From positions 44,993 through 108,992 of the forward strand of contig JAJYSJ010000003.1 of the NCBI GenBank assembly GCA_021793645.1: a stretch of DNA of 64,000 nucleotides, given 5' to 3'. The translations under genes were made by a program, and so were the position numbers. Every line of letters begins with the position of its first letter. The first letter of the stretch is position 1. Below the pieces are notes generated by a model. It did no database searches, had not been told where the DNA came from, and saw nothing but the letters and a program-made list of their open reading frames with translations. Source of the DNA: Bacillota bacterium (lineage in GTDB: Bacteria; Bacillota; Sulfobacillia; JAJZYS01; JAJYTV01). Below, piece by piece: positions 19,831 to 29,866 of the stretch.

Positions 19831-20772
19831 TCAGCTCGCCGCCTCCTTTGGTTGCACGTTGGCCTGACGGCGCTCGATCTCGAGGATGACCTTGTCCGCC
19901 TCCTCCTTGCTCATCGCCGCTGGCCATCCGTAGGTCCTGCCGAGGATATCGTTGGCGATCTCGGTGTCCTTCGCGTAGAGGCTGAGCCCCTGGGCGATCG
20001 CCCACATGCCCTTGCGCTGCTCCGCCATGATTGCCCCGGGCTCCGCCTTGAGGGGCCCCTCCGTGATCCAGAGTTGTTTGCCGTTTGCCTTCGCTTTGTG
20101 GCATGACGTCCGGAGGAGGCCCCTCCGGGTTTCCCGGATCTCGATAGCCAGAGGTACTTGCCGCGGCTCGCGTCGTCTGGCCGGATCTGGCAACCCACTA
20201 TGCGCCCCTCGCGGTCGCGTACCGGGATAAGTAGGCCCGGAGGTCCGCTTGTCAGTCAGGTCGCACCGACCTGATAGAAACCCGGCACTCCTTCTGGCAC
20301 GATGCCGTAAGGGCTCCCGTGGCGTTGTGGGTGCGGTACTGGTTCGCTTCATCTCAGGCAGCGAGAAACCCTGTCGGAGCAGCGCGGCACGGGCGACAGC
20401 CATTCCCGCGCGATCAGCGCTGGGTAGGCTGTTCCGCGCATCGGGGCCCGCCATGCACTCTCGAGGGACAGGCGGCCTCTTAGGTATCGGAGATATTGGA
20501 ATGCCGCCGCGTCCGGTCATGGCGATCGCGTCACGCACGGAGACGTGTTCAATTCGGGCGAGAAAGTCGATGCGTCTCCCTGGGCCCCGCAGGTGAAGCA
20601 CTGCCAGGTCTGGGTTGCGGGAGACGACGAGGTTTGGACGCCCCTGATCATCGTGGAAGGGGCAGGCCCCCACAAGCACCGCGCTGCGGCGCTATAGCTC
20701 TATGCCGTGCCGATGATCTCCTCCACCGATACGAGCGCCTTGGCTTGGGCGACGTTCGTGGGTTTCCTCCTT
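19831..20772 (-). pseudogene. Degraded phage/ICE primase (CHC2 zinc finger plus Toprim-like fragments)
   Basis: GACPFHDD and LWITEGPLKA fragments with frameshifts; start mutated to ACG behind a GGAGG RBS. Confidence 0.6.
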
Positions 20773-20916
20773 AGCCGCCAGACGGCGTGGGATATAGTCG
20801 TGACATCGCCCTTGTCCACCTGGAGCCACGGCGTATAGCATATGAAGGTGAACTGCTCAGGAGGGGCGGACACGCGGATTCGGGTGAAACACACGGCTCA
20901 AATGGAGGTTTGTTTC

Positions 20917-21663
20917 GTGCCGGAGAGTGAACACGCTGACGATCGCTCCCGAAGTGCAGTCATCGGCATCGTCGGAGACTACAGCCCCAGCTATTCGACC
21001 CATCGGATGACGATCGATGCGTTGGGACATGTCCCTTCACCGCTTCCATTCGAGTGGGTGCCGACTGCTACGCTCAAGGAAGATGTCTCCGAGCGGCTCT
21101 CTCGCTACGCGGGACTGTTGATCGCTCCCGGCAGCCCGTATGTCAGCATGGACGGTGCCCTCCGTGCGATCCGGTTCGCTCGTGAGCGCAGGGTGCCGCT
21201 GACTGGAACATGAGGCGGCTTCCAACACGTACTGGTCGAGTAGGCCCGTAACGTTCTTGGTATCAAGGACGCCGATCATGAGGAGTCCAACCCGGCAGCC
21301 CCACAGCTCGCTATAATTGCACTTGCCTGCTCACTTGCCGGACAGGAACATCCGATCAAGCTGGTGCCTGGCTCCAGAGTCCATGCTCTGTACTCCAGCG
21401 AGACGGTCGTCGAACCCTTCTTCTGCAACTACGGCCTCAACCCGGATTATCGGCCCGCTCTGGAAGCGCACGGTCTCGTGTTCAGCGGTGTCGGCGAAGA
21501 GGGAGAAGTCCGGGCTCTTGAGCTTCTCAACCATCCGTTTTTTATCGCCACTCTTTACGTTCCACAAGCCCGTTCCCGGCCCGTGGCACCCCACCCTCTC
21601 ATCAGTGGGTTTGTAGAGGCTGCTCGCCAGTACAACAAAAGATCGATATACCTAGCGGGCTGA
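20917..21663 (+). pseudogene. CTP-synthase-C-terminal-like glutamine amidotransferase with TGA at the catalytic Cys position and a premature TAG
   Basis: One frame: GIVGDY...LIAPGSPY...PLTGT[TGA 21211]GGFQHVLVE[TAG 21241]ARNVLG...FFCNYGLN...HPFFIATLYVPQ; GTG 20917 after GGAGG. Confidence 0.8.
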
Positions 21664-21764
21664 GGTCACAGGATTCCAGGTTGAGAGCATGCTTCTCACC
21701 CGCCACCCTACGGCTGCCAGATTCCCTTTGCCGCCATTCAACTTGTTCCTGGTCAGCGTAGCGC

Positions 21765-21890
21765 GATCATCGTGGAAGGGGCAGGGGCCGACAAGCACCA
21801 CACCGCGCGCTGCACCTCGATCCGTGTTCCGACGATCTCCTCCACCGATACAAGCGCTTTGGCCTGGGCGATGTTCATGGGTTTCCTCCT
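21765..21890 (-). pseudogene. Second primase N-terminal relic, a diverged direct repeat of 20646-20771
   Basis: MNIAQAKALVSVEEIVG... then frameshifted VLVGPCPFHDD; collinear with copy 1. Confidence 0.65.
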
Positions 21891-22233
21891 CTTTCTACGG
21901 AGGCCGGAGTGTCGGCGGCGATGGAGTGGGAGGGAGGCATCGCAATCGCCGCCGCACCCCGTCAGCGTCGACTGGCGTAGGTTCTTGTGCAGCAGCCATC
22001 ACCAGAACTCCTCTTGAAAGATGGCAACGCGCTGCACCCCGGAGAAGGCGTCAAGGGATGGGCCGTGGGCCATGAGAGCACAGCGAGCGCACCCTTGACG
22101 CGGGCGCCGAGGGCGCGGCACCTGTCGCACTGCAGAAAAGGCCCCGGCAAAGCAGAGCGCTTCACCTGGGCGAGTGATGGATTTGTCGGCTTGCCTAATC
22201 GCCATGCGGGACGGGACTGTTCTCTACATCCGT

Positions 22234-22920
22234 CTATTCGTGCGCTGCCCGGACTGCCGTCACCAGGCTGTACCAAGCCATCATCCAAACAAGGGGAATT
22301 CGCAAGGCCCACCCACCGACACTGCCGCTTGAGGGCAGAATTCGGTTCAGTACTACCCCGCTGAGAGTGATCACAAGCCCTGGGATTAGCCAAGCCCAGA
22401 ATCCCGCTCGGAACCGAGCGTTAACAGTCCGAAAAGTCCCCTGAAACCCACTCCTCGCTGTCTCGGCAACTGCCATCCCTGACCACACCGATACGATCAA
22501 CATGGCAACTCCCGCTGCGACACCAGCAAAAGCAGCACCGCCAACGAGTTCAGTGATCGTCAATACAATCCACCCTACAAGCAGGAACGCAAAGAGCTGA
22601 ATCCAAACCATGCCCATCGCGGCGAGCAAGTGCCGTGGCACTGTAGCAACACGCCCATTGTCAAGCGGCAAGGCAACGGCGATCGCAGCCATCGCAATAG
22701 ACAAAGGGTATAGCACAACCTGGCCAACGTCAGACACCACTTGCATCGTGGACCCATTCGCAGACGTTACCGCCAAAGATCCGGCGTAATCAAACCATGC
22801 AATAAGCGGCAAAACAACAACAATGTCCGCGCCAATCAAAACCCAAAAAGTATAAGAACGCATCAGCTTAATTATTGAGTTTTTGTAGGCCGCCAAATTC
22901 CCACCTCTATTTGAAAACAT
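22234..22920 (-). CDS. Hypothetical multi-pass membrane protein
   Basis: 228 aa, about 6 hydrophobic segments; visibly more AT-rich than the flanks. Confidence 0.55.
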   Translation of the reverse strand: MFSNRGGNLAAYKNSIIKLMRSYTFWVLIGADIVVVLPLIAWFDYAGSLAVTSANGSTMQVVSDVGQVVLYPLSIAMAAIAVALPLDNGRVATVPRHLLAAMGMVWIQLFAFLLVGWIVLTITELVGGAAFAGVAAGVAMLIVSVWSGMAVAETARSGFQGTFRTVNARFRAGFWAWLIPGLVITLSGVVLNRILPSSGSVGGWALRIPLVWMMAWYSLVTAVRAAHE

Positions 22921-23353
22921 CGATAAGTTTCGGAGGCGTACGATCTGCTAATCGAATCTGAAATGCGACTGCCAGCATAAACTTACTTTCTAGTTCGACA
23001 TAGACCTGCCAGAGCCCTCCAGGACGGGCGCCTGCAGCCCCTATCGTCCAAGGCGCCAGAACGGAAGCGATGACACCCATCTCCCGGTCTGGAACCAAGT
23101 AGTCACGCAAAACGACGGGATTAAGGTTAGAGTCAAGTTGGTGGCAGAGCATGGCCGACATCTGCATCTTCTGCGGCGAGCACGAGGGGCTTACGGAGTT
23201 CAAGGGGAAGATCGTGTGCCGTTCCTGCGTCGAAACCGTCAGATCGACGTCGAAGAGCTGGTTGACGCCATCTCGATGAGCGGACGCGGATGTGGACACT
23301 TCCAAGTGCATGGCCAGCATCTTCACCGTAAGTGTGCCGTGGGACGTTGCCAT
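22907..23353 (-). CDS. Hypothetical protein
   Basis: 148-aa ORF overlapping the start of the membrane-protein gene; no motif recognised. Confidence 0.35.
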   Translation of the reverse strand: MATSHGTLTVKMLAMHLEVSTSASAHRDGVNQLFDVDLTVSTQERHTIFPLNSVSPSCSPQKMQMSAMLCHQLDSNLNPVVLRDYLVPDREMGVIASVLAPWTIGAAGARPGGLWQVYVELESKFMLAVAFQIRLADRTPPKLIDVFK

Positions 23354-23593
23354 GTGTTGCGATCCGACCGCCCGGGCCCTAGGCTCTAGCCCTCACCGTG
23401 GAGGCGTAAACCGGACCGCCAAATTACCCATCTCGGAAGTACTAGAGCCAGAATTTCCATATTTCGTCGTACGCTGACGATGGTTCAGGCCACGCCCTGA
23501 GTAAACGGTGAGGGCCCGTCAGAACGGGCTTTCTTGGCACCTGCCTGCACTCCCCCTTTGGGCACACTGTTGTCCAGAGGGGGGTGCCCTACG

Positions 23594-25852
23594 GTGAAGC
23601 AAGACGTGTTTGTGGGGATCGACGTCGGATCCACCACGGTGAAAGTCGCGGGAGTGGACAGCGCCGGCGAACCGGTGGGAGAGCCCGTTTACTTGCGGCA
23701 CGATACCTATGAGACCCCTCTCTCGACGTTGAAGCAGGCCCTGTCGCAGTTCCTGGCGGCCGGTGACTGGCACATTGCCGGGGTGGGTACCACGGGCAGC
23801 GGGCTGGAGCTCACCCGCAGCCTGCTCGGCGCCGACCTCAGCCGCACCGAGATCATCGCCCACGCTACAGGGGTAACCCAGCTCCTGCATTTGGGCCTAG
23901 TGCGTGATGCGGCAGGCCGGGTGCTGGACCAGGTGGGCACACTGCTGGAGATCGGCGGGCAGGACTCCAAGGTGATTATTTTCGGCCCGGACGGTCTCCC
24001 CAGCTTCTTTCACATGAACAGCATCTGTTCCGCTGGCACCGGCGAGTTCCTGAAGCAGTTGGCGGACGAGGCCGGCATCGACGTGTCCGAGTTCGGTGCG
24101 CTCGCATTGCGGGCGACGGCGCCCGTCCGCATCGACTCCACATGCACGGTTTTCTCCCGCCGTGACTTCCGGCATCTTACGCAGAAGGGCGTGCCGTTGG
24201 AGGATCGCCTGATGAGCGTTTGTCACGCGCTGGTCCGCAACTTCCTGCGCACCGTTGTGCCGGAAGGGGCGGTGCGCCCCCCTGTGTTCTTCCAGGGCGG
24301 GGTGGCCTACAACCAGGGCGTGCGGCTGGCGTTCGAGCACCAGCTTGGCCTGCCCGTTGTGGTGCCGCCGATGCACGGCGTGGTGGGGGCGCTCGGCATG
24401 GCCTGGCTAGCCCGCCAGCAGATGTCCGGGCAGGCCGCCGAGCTCCCCATGGCCACCGCGTTTCGGGATGACTTCTCCACCCTCCAGTTCGAAAGCCGGG
24501 TTCGTTATTGCCATGGGTGCCGCAACGCCTGTGAGTTGGCCCAGCCCCTGGTGGTGCGGGAAGGTAGGACCAATGTCCTGGAAGTCGTGGGCGGGCGGTG
24601 TGAGGGGTGTCAAAACCCGGCGAATGTTCAGGCGGAGCCTCAGTCCATCGCCGCCTTTGCCGTGCCCGTGTTGCGAGAGCCTCTGCCGCTCCACCTGCAC
24701 CCGCACGTGACTGGGCTCAGCGGCCCATCCCACCGCTCTGCTTCCCACCGGTCTTCGGCCGGGCAATACTTCGCTGGGTTGGACGGCGGCTCTCGCGGCA
24801 CCAAATATGCCCTGATTCAGATCTGCGGCACCGATTTGGAGATCGTGGCCGTTGGCTCCCTGAGTACCGGCGGCGACGCCATTCAAGCCTGCCTGCAGGC
24901 CTTGGAACAGTTGCACCAGGTCCTGCCTCCGCAGGCCGTTCTCGCCGGGGTCGGCACCACCGGCAGCGCCGGGGAACTGTTCCGGGATATCATCACCACC
25001 CGGGACAAGGAAACCTCGGACTACCGCTCCACCGAGATCCTCGCTCACTATGCCTGGGCCAGCCACCGGGTACCCCAGGTGGGCACCGTAATCGACATCG
25101 GGGGCAATGACGCCAAGATCATCACAGTCAAGCCGGGTGGTCTGGACTTCGCCATGAACGATAAGTGCGCCGCCGGTACCGGCGCCTTCCTGGAAGCCGT
25201 GGCTAGCCGTTTTCACATCCCCGTGGAGGAGTACGCCCGGGTAGCCCTATCGGCTAGTACCCCGGCACGCGTTGCCGGGCGCTGTGCGGTCTTTGGTGAG
25301 TCTGATGTGGTCCACAAGGCCAGGATGGGCTTTGCCACCCCGGACCTGCTCCTGGGGGTGGCCTACTCCATCTGCCGTACCTACCTGACCGATGTGGGGC
25401 GCGGCCGGCCCTTGCGGGTGCCCATTGTGGCCCAGGGCGGGGCCTTCCTGAACCAGTCGGTCGAGGAGGCCTTTCGACGCACGCTAGGCCTCGGGGCGGT
25501 GGAATTCCTAGTGGCGGAGGATGCGCGTCAGGTCGTGGGGGCCGGTGCCCTCGGGGCCGCACTGCTGGCCAAAGGCATGTACGAGCAGGGGTACGACACC
25601 GCCTTCAAGGGCTTTGACAGGATCGCGGCCGGCACCTACCGGACGGTTTCCACTCAGTGCCGGCACACCCGCTGTCACCGCACCTGCGATGGCGTTGTCG
25701 TCCTGTTGGAAAACGATCTGCCCATAGCAGGGTACCGTTCCATCGACTGCCCGCTGGACCTATTCGACGGTATGACGAAAGGCGAGGCAGAAAAGTCGCA
25801 CATGGCTACCCTATTGGAATCGAACGAACACAGGAGGGTCATCGGATCATGA
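23594..25852 (+). CDS. Acyl-CoA dehydratase activase (BadF/BadG/BcrA/BcrD ATPase, two ASKHA modules)
   Basis: GIDVGSTTVK, EIGGQDSK, CSAGTG, CTVF; second module GLDGGSRGTK, DIGGNDAK, MNDKCAAGTG, RCAVF; CHGCRNAC Cys cluster. GTG 23594. Confidence 0.88.
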   Translation: MKQDVFVGIDVGSTTVKVAGVDSAGEPVGEPVYLRHDTYETPLSTLKQALSQFLAAGDWHIAGVGTTGSGLELTRSLLGADLSRTEIIAHATGVTQLLHLGLVRDAAGRVLDQVGTLLEIGGQDSKVIIFGPDGLPSFFHMNSICSAGTGEFLKQLADEAGIDVSEFGALALRATAPVRIDSTCTVFSRRDFRHLTQKGVPLEDRLMSVCHALVRNFLRTVVPEGAVRPPVFFQGGVAYNQGVRLAFEHQLGLPVVVPPMHGVVGALGMAWLARQQMSGQAAELPMATAFRDDFSTLQFESRVRYCHGCRNACELAQPLVVREGRTNVLEVVGGRCEGCQNPANVQAEPQSIAAFAVPVLREPLPLHLHPHVTGLSGPSHRSASHRSSAGQYFAGLDGGSRGTKYALIQICGTDLEIVAVGSLSTGGDAIQACLQALEQLHQVLPPQAVLAGVGTTGSAGELFRDIITTRDKETSDYRSTEILAHYAWASHRVPQVGTVIDIGGNDAKIITVKPGGLDFAMNDKCAAGTGAFLEAVASRFHIPVEEYARVALSASTPARVAGRCAVFGESDVVHKARMGFATPDLLLGVAYSICRTYLTDVGRGRPLRVPIVAQGGAFLNQSVEEAFRRTLGLGAVEFLVAEDARQVVGAGALGAALLAKGMYEQGYDTAFKGFDRIAAGTYRTVSTQCRHTRCHRTCDGVVVLLENDLPIAGYRSIDCPLDLFDGMTKGEAEKSHMATLLESNEHRRVIGS

Positions 25853-28476
25853 GCCGTGGGGAGTCTGATCTGACCACAAGGGATGTGCAGGGCAAACAAC
25901 CACCCATGCCGCCGGGCCGTGACCGGCGACCCAAGGTGGGGGTCGTGAGGGCCTTTACCGGCCACTACGAATCAGTACGAGTCCTGCATCGGTTCCTGCA
26001 CCATGCGGGCCTGGAGGTGATCACCAGCCAGGTCAGCACAGCACCCATCATCGAAGCCGGAACTGCGCTGGCCAGTGCCGACTTCTGCTTGCCGCTGCGC
26101 GTCTACGTAGGACACGTCTACACACTGAGCCGTGAGCACCCGGATCTGGACGCCATCCTGGCGCCGAACGTCTGGACAGACAAGGGGGGAGCAGCCACCT
26201 GCTCTAAGTATCGTGACATCGGCGGCGTCGCCATTCGATCACTTGGAGGCATGATCCCGTACCTGCAAGGCCTCCGTGCCCAGGATGGGCATTCCCTTCC
26301 CCGCTTTATCCGTCCAAATATCCAATCCGTCACCTACCGATCCCTGTGCAATGTGGCCTTTGATGTATATGCCGAAATCATCGGGCTGGCACCGTGGTCC
26401 CGCATCGGCGTGTTCCTATCGGAAGACTTGCGCCGTCGATGGACTCCACATCTGGCGCATGTGGAGACGGCTTTCGCCCGCGCTTGGCGCGAGGTGATGG
26501 AACGCCCAGTGGATCGCCTCAGCGCCCTGCTCGCGGATGACGCCCGTCCCCGGGTAGCTGTGGTCGGCCGTCGCTATCTGCTCGATGATCCGGCCCTGAC
26601 CGCAGACCTGAAGCCTTGGTTCCGACGTCGCGGCGCCACGGTCCTGACCGCTTCCGATGTGCCCTGGGAACAACTGGCTGGTCTGTACCGTCAAGCGGAG
26701 GGTTTCTACGACAGTCATCGGGAAGGCCAAGCCTTTATTGACTGGGCCGCGGACAAGGTGGACGGGTTCATAACCTTGGGGTCCTTCGGCTGCCATCCCG
26801 ATGCCTTCCAGGTAGACTATCTGGCGGAGTACGCCCGCGCCAAGGGCAAACCCGCCTGGACCTTCCGATTCGATGAGACGGTAGGCACCACCGGTTTCCA
26901 AACCCGCTTCGAGACACTCTACGGGTTCCTGGAAGGCCAGCGGGACCGGCGCCTGGGTCAGCGACTGTCCAAGGAGGAACATGTGCCACCCCACAATCCA
27001 GTGAAGATACTTCCGGACCGCATGGCGAACGGCAGTGGGCAGCCCCCCTTGCGCCCCCTGTTTGTCTGGCCCTACATGGGCGAGGAGCTTAACCTGTTAC
27101 TCGAAGAGGTCTTTGTCTACCTGGGACTGCAGGATTACGCCTGCCCGCCCAAACCGATCGACGGCACGACCCTGGAATTGGGGGGGCGCCGCTACGCGGA
27201 GACGTGTTCACCGTTTGCCTGTGCGACCGGCAGCCTGATGCAGGGTGTTCAGGCCGCAGTCCGCGAGCTGCGCGACGAGGCCCGAAGGCATGGCCAACCG
27301 CCAGAACCGCGGCGTATCCTCGCACTGATGATCCAGGGCGAAGGCCCCTGTACCTTCGGCTGGTATGCCATCGCCCAGAACCGCCATCTGCCTTCTGATC
27401 TGGCTGCCGATCTGACGGACGGGCATACCCTTGAACTACTGACCATGGGCCTAACCGATCCCGCAGACTTCTTCCGTCAATTGGGCCAGCTCGGCGACAC
27501 CCGGCGCCTAGACCCCGTGGTGCGCTACGTAGAGGCACGGGTGACCGGGGACTGGTCACGACTCCCACGAGCAGCACGGCTGAACCTCCAGTTCAGGTTT
27601 CATCTCGCCCTCCGTTCCCTGCTCGCCCCGGTGTGGGCCAAGCTGGCCGCGGCGGAGGATGTGCGGGCCCGCTCCCTGTTGGTGCGGGCCCACGAACTGG
27701 CACCTGGCAGCACGGCTGCCGCCTACCGGGAGTGCCTGGGACTGCTGCGCGGCGCCCACACCGGGGCGGCGATTCGGCGCACCAGGGATCGCTGTATGGC
27801 CAAGTTGCAAGCCGTCCCCCAGGACCGCACCCCAAAACCGCGCGTGGTTGCCGTCGGTGAGATCTATGTAGCCCTTACCTCATTCGCCAACCGCGGCGTG
27901 ATTGAGAAGCTGTTGGGACGGGATGGGATTGAGGTGGTGGAAGCGACCACCCTCAGCGAGTTCATCCATCGCTCCGTCTGGGAAACGCGGCGGCGCAGTC
28001 TGGCGAACCATCCCTGGATTCGGCCGTTGCGGGACCGATTGGAGGCGCGCAATATCCACTGGCTGAGGCAACGGCCCTACGACCTTCGGGCTCGTCCCTT
28101 CCTGGAGTGGGAGGTCGGCGGCGATGCCATGCCCGGGGTTGGTGCTGCCCGCGCCCTGTTGGAACAGGACTGCGACGGCATCATTCACGTTTATCCGTTC
28201 AAGTGCATGCCCGAGGGTATCGCCAAGGACGCCTACAAGGAACTGAGCGACCTGTATGGCGTTCGCTACCTGGGCCTCTCCTTCGACAAGGAACTGGATA
28301 TCGAACGGGTCAAGACCGAGGTGGCCACCTTCGCCGCCCTGCTGCGGAACCAGGTCTCCAACCGGCAGGGCTGGCTGAACCGCCTCCGGCTGACCCGCCG
28401 GCGCCGGGCCCTGGGGCGCAAGGTGGACCGGCTGTATCAAAGACGAAGGGCGAACACCAGTCGCCCTGAAGCATGA
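25849..28476 (+). CDS. CoA-activase-associated DUF2229 / 2-hydroxyacyl-CoA dehydratase-like fusion protein
   Basis: ADFCLPLRVYVGHV, TCSK, SFGCHPD, FDETVG, ETCSPF, GPCTFG, PFKCMPE, FDKE motifs; ATGA overlap with the activase stop. Confidence 0.78.
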   Translation: MSRGESDLTTRDVQGKQPPMPPGRDRRPKVGVVRAFTGHYESVRVLHRFLHHAGLEVITSQVSTAPIIEAGTALASADFCLPLRVYVGHVYTLSREHPDLDAILAPNVWTDKGGAATCSKYRDIGGVAIRSLGGMIPYLQGLRAQDGHSLPRFIRPNIQSVTYRSLCNVAFDVYAEIIGLAPWSRIGVFLSEDLRRRWTPHLAHVETAFARAWREVMERPVDRLSALLADDARPRVAVVGRRYLLDDPALTADLKPWFRRRGATVLTASDVPWEQLAGLYRQAEGFYDSHREGQAFIDWAADKVDGFITLGSFGCHPDAFQVDYLAEYARAKGKPAWTFRFDETVGTTGFQTRFETLYGFLEGQRDRRLGQRLSKEEHVPPHNPVKILPDRMANGSGQPPLRPLFVWPYMGEELNLLLEEVFVYLGLQDYACPPKPIDGTTLELGGRRYAETCSPFACATGSLMQGVQAAVRELRDEARRHGQPPEPRRILALMIQGEGPCTFGWYAIAQNRHLPSDLAADLTDGHTLELLTMGLTDPADFFRQLGQLGDTRRLDPVVRYVEARVTGDWSRLPRAARLNLQFRFHLALRSLLAPVWAKLAAAEDVRARSLLVRAHELAPGSTAAAYRECLGLLRGAHTGAAIRRTRDRCMAKLQAVPQDRTPKPRVVAVGEIYVALTSFANRGVIEKLLGRDGIEVVEATTLSEFIHRSVWETRRRSLANHPWIRPLRDRLEARNIHWLRQRPYDLRARPFLEWEVGGDAMPGVGAARALLEQDCDGIIHVYPFKCMPEGIAKDAYKELSDLYGVRYLGLSFDKELDIERVKTEVATFAALLRNQVSNRQGWLNRLRLTRRRRALGRKVDRLYQRRRANTSRPEA

Positions 28477-28487
28477 GAGGAGGTCCC

Positions 28488-28739
28488 TCACCTATCGCTC
28501 AGCGGTAGAACTGCTTCAGCGCGTCCACTTCGAGGTTTACGGTCGCGGGCTTCACGCTTGCCGCACGCCGGCGGTGCCATTCTGCAGGGTCGATCGGGGT
28601 CACGGGGTCCCATCCATCTCCTGCGAGATCCACCGCCTGCACGGGTGACCGCCTGCATGCAGACGGTCACCGTTCGCAGACTGCGGCCTGCGGCGTGCAA
28701 GTGATCGCGGAAGAGCGACAGAGCCTCGTCGTTCGTCAC
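28488..28739 (-). pseudogene. Tyrosine-integrase N-terminal (SAM-like) relic, copy A
   Basis: FRDHLHAAGRSLRTV... then frameshifted VKPATVNLEVDALKQFYR*; no catalytic domain follows. Confidence 0.6.
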
Positions 28740-28824
28740 AGTGTCACCTTCTCACCAATAGCGACAGGAGGCGGACACGCTGCCTCCTCGCGTGGTGGAT
28801 TTGCTTGATGACAGTTTAGTGCCT

Positions 28825-28853
28825 CACCCGATTTCGGTCGCCCACATATGTTA
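28825..28853 (+). promoter_or_regulatory. Candidate sigma-K-type promoter of the peptidoglycan-binding gene
   Basis: CACC-N16-CATATGTTA fits the B. subtilis sigma-K consensus mACm-N16-CATAnnnTA. Confidence 0.5.
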
Positions 28854-28882
28854 TGTCGACGACCGGATAGGAGGGGAACCGT

Positions 28883-29704
28883 TTGGCACTTTTCGAAACG
28901 ACCTTTCCTCCTTACGTCCCCTTCGGCAGCCGACTACTCAGGCTGCAGACGCCGAACCTGCGTGGCACTGACGTTGCGGTGCTTCAGGGGATCTACAACC
29001 TGATGCTGCAGGTGATGAACCCCCCGCAGGGACCGATGGGCAGCCCGATCACACTAGACGGCATCTTCGGACCACAGACTCGCCAGGCAGTGCTCAACAT
29101 CCAAAGCTACTTCGGCCTCTCGGTCGATGGCATCGCTGGGCCACAAACCTACTTTGTCTTTGGGCAAGGCGTAGGACCCAACACCACCTACGGCGGGCCA
29201 GTGTACGGTAGCCGACAGCTTATGCAGGGAACATCCGGGGGTGACGTCAAGATCCTGCAGAATCGCCTGAACTGCTTCCGATATGCTGGCTTGATTGGCC
29301 AGCCGGCAACCGGCTTCTTCGACGCTGCCACCGCCCAGGCTGTCCTGGCCTTCAAGCAAGACGCCGCCTCGAATGGCGACACCGGCTTCCCGAACAACGC
29401 CATCGCAGGCTTCGGGTTCTACGATGCATCGTGGATCTACACCTTCGCCGGAGGCCGCGGGATCTTCACTGGCCGCAACGGGTTCGACGTCGTCTTCATT
29501 CAGGTGATGATGGCGGAGTTCGGTCGCCTCTACAAAGGCCCAATCGACGGTTACTATGGCGCGGCTACTACAGCGGCAGTAAGGGCGTTCCAAGCCAGCT
29601 CGGGGATTATCGTTGACGGTGTCGTCGGCCCGCAGACGTTCTATCAGATCGGATTGCGCAACGACATCTTCGCGCCGATCCCCATGCCGATTTTTACCTT
29701 TTGA
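28883..29704 (+). CDS. Peptidoglycan-binding domain protein (three PG_binding_1-like repeats, no signal peptide)
   Basis: G(T/F)DV..LQ...DG.(F/Y)G..T..AV..(I/F)Q-type repeats; TTG start after AGGAGGGG. Confidence 0.85.
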   Translation: MALFETTFPPYVPFGSRLLRLQTPNLRGTDVAVLQGIYNLMLQVMNPPQGPMGSPITLDGIFGPQTRQAVLNIQSYFGLSVDGIAGPQTYFVFGQGVGPNTTYGGPVYGSRQLMQGTSGGDVKILQNRLNCFRYAGLIGQPATGFFDAATAQAVLAFKQDAASNGDTGFPNNAIAGFGFYDASWIYTFAGGRGIFTGRNGFDVVFIQVMMAEFGRLYKGPIDGYYGAATTAAVRAFQASSGIIVDGVVGPQTFYQIGLRNDIFAPIPMPIFTF

Positions 29705-29750
29705 CTCCCACGCTCCGTCTCACAGTTGGGTTTTCCCCCGCCTAGTCTTT

Positions 29751-29775
29751 GGCCGCACTTCAGGTGCGGCCTTTC
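29751..29775 (+). terminator. Putative intrinsic terminator after the PG-binding gene
   Basis: GGCCGCAC-TTCAG-GTGCGGCC followed by TTTCC. Confidence 0.5.
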
Positions 29776-29866
29776 CACATTCATCTGCAGGATCGATCTT
29801 GCCGCAGCGACGTAACTGCGGCTTAACCGAGAGAATGTCGAGGCCACGATGTAGCGCCGAGGCTTA

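Noticed and set aside
21241-21243. Pyrrolysine or amber readthrough at the TAG
   Set aside because: The position is a conserved Tyr one base from TAY, and there is no pyl evidence in the window.
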